This document shows, in pieces, positions 58,630 to 64,000 of a stretch of 64,000 bases of DNA. The translations under genes were made by a program, and so were the position numbers. The stretch's first letter is position 1. Each line of letters begins with the position of its first letter. Origin of the DNA: a virus; IMG/VR virus record IMGVR_UViG_2921643360_000001, positions 1 through 64,000 of that record, one strand, 5' to 3'. The notes beneath the pieces are model-generated. The model was not told the origin of the DNA. It worked only from the letters and a program-made list of their open reading frames with translations, and ran no database searches.

Positions 58630-58736
58630 TTATCCCCTCGCATCCCTCGCTAAGGGATAGCGGCCAAACGGGTAATTTCACGATAACTGCGACACGCGTA
58701 GCTCGATCGTAGTCCGAAATTTTGAGGTAAAATAGC

Positions 58737-58773
58737 GAGAGCGGAAAGGTACTTGCGATACCGATCCGCTCTC
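58737..58773 (+). promoter_or_regulatory. Conserved leader hairpin of cassette 3
   Basis: GAGAGCGGA..GGTA-cttgcga-TACC..TCCGCTCTC, a perfect 9-bp outer stem plus a 4-bp inner stem. Confidence 0.55.
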
Positions 58774-58803
58774 TAACCAAAGCCTGCTTACAAGGAGCAA
58801 ACT

Positions 58804-59472
58804 ATGGCTATCCGCAAGTATATCGCATCTGGCGAAATCCTCCATGGTTGGGTCTACGTCCGAGAGGGCGTGGATCGCGGCAGGACTCGGCACATCTTCG
58901 CAATGTGCCCCTCATGCAAAAACGAAGTCGAAGTAAATGCGACTGAGGTGCGGACTGGAAAAAAGAAAATGTGCCGTCCATGTGCCGACAAATTCAACGG
59001 GGCGAGATGCCTGGTTCATGCAGAAAAGTGGGCGACGCACAGGATGTCAGGTTCGACAACTTACGAATCATGGCGGTCTATGATGAAGCGTTGCTACTTA
59101 GAAAGTGCAACGTTCTATCAATACTACGGCGGAAAAGGGGTCAAAGTTTGCGACCGTTGGCGGGATTCGTTCGCCAATTTCTTTGCTGATATGGGAGAGC
59201 GCCCTGAAGGCATGACCTTGGACAGATACCCCGACAAGAACGGTGACTACGCGCCGGGTAACTGCAGATGGGCAACGCCAACGGAACAGATTCGCAACAG
59301 AAATACCACGGTGTATATTGAGTTCCGGGGGTTGCGCAAAACGATGAAGGAATGGGCGGATGAAATTGGTGTCGCCTACAAGACATTACGCGCAAGGATA
59401 GTTGACCAAGGATGGCCAATAGACCGCGCACTTACTACGCCGCTGCGGATCCACAGAAAGCACGTCCCATAA
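58804..59472 (+). CDS. HNH-like (degenerate HNH_3-type) endonuclease paralog 3
   Basis: 'YQYYGGKGVKVCDRW..FANFFADMGERPEGMTLDRYPDKNGDYAPGNCRWATPTEQIRN'. N-terminal CPSC..CRPC. Confidence 0.65.
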   Translation: MAIRKYIASGEILHGWVYVREGVDRGRTRHIFAMCPSCKNEVEVNATEVRTGKKKMCRPCADKFNGARCLVHAEKWATHRMSGSTTYESWRSMMKRCYLESATFYQYYGGKGVKVCDRWRDSFANFFADMGERPEGMTLDRYPDKNGDYAPGNCRWATPTEQIRNRNTTVYIEFRGLRKTMKEWADEIGVAYKTLRARIVDQGWPIDRALTTPLRIHRKHVP

Positions 59473-59497
59473 ATCAAAGAAGTCGCTGCGACTGACA

Positions 59498-59526
59498 AGC
59501 CCGCCATTGTGCGGGCTTTTTGTTTT
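59498..59526 (+). terminator. Rho-independent terminator of cassette 3
   Basis: AGCCCGC-cattgt-GCGGGCT followed by TTTTGTTTT. Confidence 0.8.
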
Positions 59527-59546
59527 CCATCCATTGAAGATTACGC

Positions 59547-59993
59547 ATGCCAACACCTCTACTCCGTGACGCGGGGTCAAGCGGCAGTGTGACCGGCGCG
59601 AATGCTATTGCCAACAACGCCTATTCCAATAGCGCGGACAAGTTGCGGATTCAGTTAAGCGCGATCGGAACAAACTATCTGCTGGCTGATTTCCGGCTTA
59701 CTTCTGCCACATTCGCCAGCGCTCCGACGACTGGCGTTATCCAGCTTGCAAAAGTCCCGCGCGACTTCAGCGGAAACGCAGGGCCGACGCCCTCTGCTTC
59801 GATGCTGGCGACGCAGATCTATACGATGGGACCCGCCCCCTCAACCGGGAACGCCTCAACAAGCTGGGTCATGTCCGTCGATTCGGTCCCGCTCGATGCT
59901 GATGCGGACTACTGGGTCTTCAACAACGCAACCGGCGTTTCTCTCAACTCGGGATGGGTGCTTACCTATGTCCCGTGGTCACCTGGAACGTAA
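59547..59993 (+). CDS. Hypothetical structural-type protein
   Basis: 148 aa, S/T/A/N-rich beta-type sequence. First gene of the distal cluster. Confidence 0.5.
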   Translation: MPTPLLRDAGSSGSVTGANAIANNAYSNSADKLRIQLSAIGTNYLLADFRLTSATFASAPTTGVIQLAKVPRDFSGNAGPTPSASMLATQIYTMGPAPSTGNASTSWVMSVDSVPLDADADYWVFNNATGVSLNSGWVLTYVPWSPGT

Positions 59994-59999
59994 TCACAC

Positions 60000-60215
60000 A
60001 TGGCACTCATCAACGTTGCGCTTCCCGGCGCATCTGAAATCACGCAGATGGACGACGCTGACCTTCACAAGCTCGAAGGCAGTTACGAGAATGAAAACGA
60101 GATCGTTGGCTGGGTCCAATACCACCTCAAGACAACCGGCGACCTCGTGCATCGCAGCGTGAATATGCACCTGAAGACGGTTCCGGCAGAACTCGCGCAA
60201 GCACTCATTGGATAA
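60000..60215 (+). CDS. Hypothetical small protein
   Basis: 71-aa ORF. Confidence 0.45.
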   Translation: MALINVALPGASEITQMDDADLHKLEGSYENENEIVGWVQYHLKTTGDLVHRSVNMHLKTVPAELAQALIG

Positions 60216-60227
60216 CGGAGATTACAA

Positions 60228-60677
60228 ATGGCGAACACGCAAGGGCTCGCAAATTCTTTCAAAAATGAGGTTCTTCTCGGCCTCCACCAGTTCGGTTCGG
60301 CGACGCTCACATCGCGCGGCAGTCTGACGACTCCGACGACAGACACGTTCAAGGCGGCTCTGTATCTGGCGTCCGGCTCACTCGGCGCAGGGACGACCGC
60401 CTATAGCGCGACCAGCGAAGTATCAGGCACGAACTACTCGGCGGGCGGCGTCACGGTGACGAATGCCAACGCACCGAGCGGCGGCCAGTGGACGCCCTCC
60501 GCCTCCATCGTCTACACGAACGTTACGCTCTCGACATCTTTCGATACGGTCCTGATCTACAACTCGACGCAGGGCAATCGCGCGGTCGGAACTTTTGTAT
60601 TCGGAGCGCAGACGATCACCGCCGGCACCCTCACGCTAACCATGCCCGGTTCGGGCGGACTCATCGCGATTAACTAA
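60228..60677 (+). CDS. Hypothetical structural-type protein
   Basis: 149 aa, T/S/G-rich beta-type sequence with a good SD. Confidence 0.5.
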   Translation: MANTQGLANSFKNEVLLGLHQFGSATLTSRGSLTTPTTDTFKAALYLASGSLGAGTTAYSATSEVSGTNYSAGGVTVTNANAPSGGQWTPSASIVYTNVTLSTSFDTVLIYNSTQGNRAVGTFVFGAQTITAGTLTLTMPGSGGLIAIN

Positions 60678-60682
60678 CTGCC

Positions 60683-62419
60683 ATGGGCGCGCCAGACCTC
60701 TCAAACTGGATCTGGCCGGACGCGGATCTACAGCGCCAGCCTCAGGGCGTGGTCACGGTCAACCCTCAGGTTTTCCCCAGCGCGGTACGCTGCTTTGTCG
60801 GTGGCCGCGATGTGTTGACGAACATCAACCTGGCGCTCCCGCTCATCCAGACGCCAGCCGGAACGGGATATACAAACACCAGCAACTCGGCCGCCGCCAA
60901 GCAACTGTCGAGCACTCTAGCCACTTCGTCCGGCGCGGGCGCAGGTGATTTCACGATCATCTGTGTACACAATCTGGCGGCAAGCGGGTCTCAGAATTCG
61001 GTCGCCTGGGCGATTGACGCTAACAAGGCCGCCCCTGGCTTCTATGTCCAGATGAACGCCGACACGTCGGGTGCCTTGGCATCTGGCGATATGACGTTTG
61101 GGGACTTTAATAACGCGGGGATCGCGCTGACCGGGGCGGTTGACGGCAAAAGTCACGCAGTCATTTTCACGCGGCGCGGCACGACGCTCTATGCCTTCAT
61201 GGATGGGGCGCTGAAGTCTACGCTCGCCTCCTACACTTATGCCCTGCCCGCGTCGGGCAATGCGGAGTGGGTGGGAGGGTCAGGGTGGGCTAACACCGGC
61301 GTCGTCGGGGGTGGCGTCCCGCTTATCGCGGTGTCCAACCGGGGGTTGACGATTGCCGAGGGCGTGGCGCTCTCTGCTAACCCCTGGCAGATTTTCAAGC
61401 CGGCGACGATGGCGCTGTATATGCCAGCGGCTGCGGGCGGCGTGACGGTTGGGCTGTCTCAGGTAGCGGGTGCGGGTAGTGTCGGTGCTGTCGGCATCGC
61501 AACGGGGCTCTCGGCAACGGGCGTATCTGCGACTGGTGCGACGGGTTCTGCCGGATATGGCGAAGGTTATGCGATCACTGGTGCGGCGGCCACTGGCAGC
61601 ACGGGTATTGCTACGCCCGCCTCGTCTCCAGTTCTGGCAGGTGCCAGTGCGACAGGCTCGATGGGCACCGCTGCGCCTTCGATCACCGCAGCGCTGACCG
61701 GCGTATCGGGTGCATCGTCTGTCGGTAGCGTAACCCCCGGCACTTCGGCGGCCCTGACGCAAGTCGCCGCAACGGGATCGACGGGCTCGGTAAGTGAGGG
61801 TATTTCACTGGCCCTGTCTGGCGTCGCGGGAACGGGATATGTCGGCACCGTCTCATCTGGCGGCAACATCACGCAGGCGCTGTCCGGGGCCCCTGCTACT
61901 GGCGCTGTCGGCTCCGTATCCCCTTCCCTGTCGCTGGTTAGTTCTGGCGTCTCGGCAACGGGCAGCACGGGCTCTCTCGCTCCGACTCGCGCGCTATCCG
62001 GCGTATCTGGAGCCAGCACGACTGGCGCCGTCACGCAGTCGATATCGCCTACCCTCGTCGGCTCAAGCGCAGCCGGGTCAACAGGCGCTATCTCTGCGGG
62101 CGCGGACAAGAATGCAGCTCTGACTGGTGCTGCGGCAACGTCTTCCGTTGGCAGTGTTGGCACGAACGTCTCGATCGGTCTGGCTGGCATTTCCGCGACG
62201 GCATCGACCGGCGTTCTCGCGTCGAGCCTGACTTATGGACTGGTTGGAAATGCGTCGGCAACAAGCGTTGGATCGATTCTGGCCGTCACTCCAAAATCCA
62301 TCGCGGCCCCGCCTGTCACGTTCCCGATCTACCGAGAGCGGCGCGTGTTCAGCATTCCATCTGAAAGTCGCATATCGCCCGTTCCTGCCGAGAGGCGAAT
62401 CATCAAAGTCGCAGCCTAG
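60683..62419 (+). CDS. LamG/concanavalin-A-like lectin domain protein with about 13 tandem ~20-aa G/S/T/A repeats
   Basis: 'DGKSHAVIFTRRGTTLYAFMDGAL' is a LamG-type core. The C-terminal half consists of 'ALSGVSATGSTGSV...' units. Confidence 0.6.
   Translation: MGAPDLSNWIWPDADLQRQPQGVVTVNPQVFPSAVRCFVGGRDVLTNINLALPLIQTPAGTGYTNTSNSAAAKQLSSTLATSSGAGAGDFTIICVHNLAASGSQNSVAWAIDANKAAPGFYVQMNADTSGALASGDMTFGDFNNAGIALTGAVDGKSHAVIFTRRGTTLYAFMDGALKSTLASYTYALPASGNAEWVGGSGWANTGVVGGGVPLIAVSNRGLTIAEGVALSANPWQIFKPATMALYMPAAAGGVTVGLSQVAGAGSVGAVGIATGLSATGVSATGATGSAGYGEGYAITGAAATGSTGIATPASSPVLAGASATGSMGTAAPSITAALTGVSGASSVGSVTPGTSAALTQVAATGSTGSVSEGISLALSGVAGTGYVGTVSSGGNITQALSGAPATGAVGSVSPSLSLVSSGVSATGSTGSLAPTRALSGVSGASTTGAVTQSISPTLVGSSAAGSTGAISAGADKNAALTGAAATSSVGSVGTNVSIGLAGISATASTGVLASSLTYGLVGNASATSVGSILAVTPKSIAAPPVTFPIYRERRVFSIPSESRISPVPAERRIIKVAA
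61430..62290 (+). repeat. Imperfect tandem coding repeats (~57-60 bp unit)
   Basis: Seen in the translation as xLxGVxATGSxGSVxxxxSx repeated about 13 times. Confidence 0.6.
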
Positions 62420-62442
62420 CCCCGCAAGGGGCTTTTTCTTTT
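62418..62442 (+). terminator. Rho-independent terminator
   Basis: AGCCCC-gcaa-GGGGCT followed by TTTTCTTTT. Confidence 0.75.
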
Positions 62443-62454
62443 GGAGCGCGCCAT

Positions 62455-62781
62455 ATGGCGACACCAAACCTTACGAAAGACCCGGGTGCAACGCTCGATT
62501 TCGGATTCGATTTGAGCCCGAACGTTACGCCGCTCTATGCGCCTTGGCTGGCTGCCGGCGAGCAAGTTGTATCGCTCAACGTCACCGCCGACCCAGGCAT
62601 CACGATCGGTTCTTCGAGCATTGTGCCGAACGCGGGCGGCATTGCTGGCGCGCTGGTTACCGCATGGATTAGCGGAGGTACTGCAGGGAATTCCTACGCA
62701 GTGCATTTCGCCTTCACCACGAACTCAACCCCTCCCCGCACCGACGTTCGCTCGATGCAGATCGTTGTTCAAAGTAGGTAG
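62455..62781 (+). CDS. Phage fibre-tail adaptor-like protein
   Basis: 'TKDPGATLDFGFDLSP...WISGGTAGNSYAVHFAFTT...RTDVRSMQIVV' fits the 'KDP..LDY..DW...GG..G..Y.V...T..GR.D.RS' family as I remember it. Confidence 0.5.
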   Translation: MATPNLTKDPGATLDFGFDLSPNVTPLYAPWLAAGEQVVSLNVTADPGITIGSSSIVPNAGGIAGALVTAWISGGTAGNSYAVHFAFTTNSTPPRTDVRSMQIVVQSR

Positions 62782-62783
62782 CC

Positions 62784-63290
62784 ATGTCCGTTCAAGATAC
62801 CCACGAGCTGAAAGACACACTCGTAGCAGATTACTTCGTGCCGGGTCATGAGGCGCGCACCACCACCGCCCTTTTCGAGCGCACGCGAAAGATCCTCATC
62901 GAACGCGAAGGTGGCCGCTGCTTCGTCACCAACATGACCGCTGAAGAACTCGGCGCGCCGTTGCAGGCTCATCACCATCCTGTCGAGCGCTGCTTTGCGA
63001 CCGCATGGGACTGGCCGCGCTTTGCCGATGACTGCAAGGCTGGAAAGTGGGGGCCGCACGCGCAGGAATTCGATTGGGATTCGTTCCTTTCCGCAAAGCC
63101 GTTTGACCCTTACCGCTTTGTCGATGACATGACCGTCAACGGCATGTTGCTCGGCGCCGGGCCGCACATCGGGAAAGACCAAGGTTTGCACAGGTTGCCG
63201 TTTCCTGTGTGGTTGTTCACCAAATACGCCGTTGAGGGCTATCGCTTCAGCCCAACCGAAACCATCCATCACGACCCGGAACATCTATGA
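62784..63290 (+). CDS. Hypothetical protein with 'C...HHHP' HNH-like half-motif
   Basis: 168 aa. 'GGRCFVTN...LQAHHHPVER'. Weak call. Confidence 0.45.
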   Translation: MSVQDTHELKDTLVADYFVPGHEARTTTALFERTRKILIEREGGRCFVTNMTAEELGAPLQAHHHPVERCFATAWDWPRFADDCKAGKWGPHAQEFDWDSFLSAKPFDPYRFVDDMTVNGMLLGAGPHIGKDQGLHRLPFPVWLFTKYAVEGYRFSPTETIHHDPEHL

Positions 63291-63496
63291 ATACCTCACC
63301 CGTCCAAACCGGCGCGGTCGGCGCCGTCACTGCAGCGGTTTATACGCTGGTTTCCGCGTTCGCCAAGCACTACAACATCGACATCACTCCTGATGCACAG
63401 ATGTCGGTCGCTGTCGGAATAGTTGCCTCGGCGCACTGGATTGGCCAGCAATTCGCCGCCCGTTCCGCCGCCAAGGCTCCCGCCACTCCGCAATGA
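63287..63496 (+). CDS. Small two-TM membrane protein (holin-like?)
   Basis: Hydrophobic segments 'GAVGAVTAAVYTLVSAF' and 'MSVAVGIVASAHWIG'. ATGA-coupled to the lipoprotein gene. Confidence 0.45.
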   Translation: MNTSPVQTGAVGAVTAAVYTLVSAFAKHYNIDITPDAQMSVAVGIVASAHWIGQQFAARSAAKAPATPQ

Positions 63497-63609
63497 AGCG
63501 CCTCACCCTAATCGCCGCCCTGCTTCTCTCTGGCTGCGTCTCTGTCTGCACTGGTAGTGCTGGCTCAATGAACTGTCGCGTTGTGCCGGTTCATTTCCAG
63601 TTCGACTGA
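63493..63609 (+). CDS. 38-aa lipoprotein
   Basis: My translation is MKRLTLIAALLLSGCVSVCTGSAGSMNCRVVPVHFQFD, with the lipobox LLSGC. Confidence 0.5.
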   Translation: MKRLTLIAALLLSGCVSVCTGSAGSMNCRVVPVHFQFD

Positions 63610-63616
63610 CTCCCGA

Positions 63617-63943
63617 ATGTTCTCACCCATGAAACTACTCGTCGCACTTGTGCTGGCCGGGTTGCTGACGGCGTGCGCGGGCAGCGCGACATTTTCGGTG
63701 CGCCCCTTCCATGACGACACGACCGGCAAGATGGAGTGCTGCGAGTTTCGCGCGATGGACTGGCGCGACATCGGCGCACTGACCATCGATGCATCCAAGT
63801 CGGCTGACGGCTCGATCGTCGTTCACTACTCCGCCAATGCAATCGGCGCTACGGCTCCGATCAATGCGCAAGGCGCCGTCATCTCCAACGTAGCAACAGC
63901 GGCCGGCAATACGGCTGCTGCCATCGTCAAACTCGCCCCCTAG
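63617..63943 (+). CDS. Lipoprotein (alternative start at 63629)
   Basis: 'MKLLVALVLAGLLTAC' is a signal peptide with a lipobox. Confidence 0.6.
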   Translation: MFSPMKLLVALVLAGLLTACAGSATFSVRPFHDDTTGKMECCEFRAMDWRDIGALTIDASKSADGSIVVHYSANAIGATAPINAQGAVISNVATAAGNTAAAIVKLAP

Positions 63944-63952
63944 GACTCCCCC

Positions 63953-64000
63953 ATGAAAGCGCTTTTCATTGCCGCTGCTGCGGCAGGCTTCGCCATGCTC
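63953..64000 (+). CDS. 5' end of a secreted/membrane protein gene (truncated by the window)
   Basis: ATG at 63953 reads MKALFIAAAAAGFAML... Confidence 0.35.
   Translation, partial: MKALFIAAAAAGFAML

Larger units (their letters stand above)
58728..59526 (+). mobile_element. Self-contained HNH-like cassette 3
   Basis: Same TAAAATAGCGAGA box, hairpin, CTCTAACCA, AGGAGCAAA SD and GCCCGCCATYGTGCGGGCTTTTTG terminator as cassette 2. Inserted right after the endolysin. Confidence 0.6.
255..64000. mobile_element. Integrated temperate phage (lambdoid regulation, Mu-like contractile tail); left boundary approximate, right end beyond window
   Basis: Integrase at the left end is followed by complete early, immunity, replication, packaging, head, tail and lysis modules. 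No att repeat could be paired inside the window. Confidence 0.9.

Noticed and set aside
61430-62290. Possible CRISPR-like or satellite repeat array
   Set aside because: The repeats are in-frame coding units of one long ORF. They are diverged at the DNA level and have no unique spacers, so this is not a CRISPR array.

Overview
Nearly all of this 64-kb window, from about nt 255-480 to beyond the right edge, is one integrated temperate phage in a GC-rich, Burkholderia-like genome. Only nt 1-129 is clearly host: the 5' end of a DapA-family gene on the minus strand.

Prophage layout, left to right:
- A tyrosine integrase and a DUF4224 excisionase-like gene.
- A long leftward early operon: an SPFH/prohibitin-like protein, SSB, YqaJ exonuclease, ERF annealase and many tiny ORFs, including a 40-aa prepilin-like peptide.
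- A lambda-like immunity region: an S24-peptidase CI-like repressor, a Cro-like HTH, triplicated operators, duplicated PL/PR promoter-operator modules, an rrn-type boxA and a ~660-nt ORF-poor PL leader.
- Rightward replication and modification genes: ParB-like, DEAD-box helicase, Toprim primase, SNF2-like helicase and a DNA methyltransferase.
- NinG, a Q-like antiterminator and a Ser/Thr phosphatase.
- Terminase, portal, scaffold and capsid genes.
- A contractile, Mu-like tail and baseplate, including the chaperone -1 frameshift.
- Tail fibre and a GH19 endolysin.
- A distal LamG/tandem-repeat fibre-like cluster and several lipoproteins.

Accessory or selfish insertions are superimposed on this backbone:
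- An Endo VII/HNH ORF nested out of frame inside an uninterrupted DUF5664-like gene.
- Three paralogous HNH-like cassettes; two share a promoter-like box, a covarying leader hairpin and a terminator.
- A low-GC island with an orphan radical-SAM/SPASM gene converging on an HTH/KilA-N/outer-membrane-protein operon.
- An autoregulated three-gene reverse operon upstream of the terminase.
- A terminator-insulated Bro-N gene.
- A reverse-oriented membrane-protein gene inside the tail operon.

The tape-measure gene needs a net +1 frame change. I found no rRNA, tRNA or CRISPR by eye. Every functional call rests on motif recognition and gene order; no database search or folding was run.
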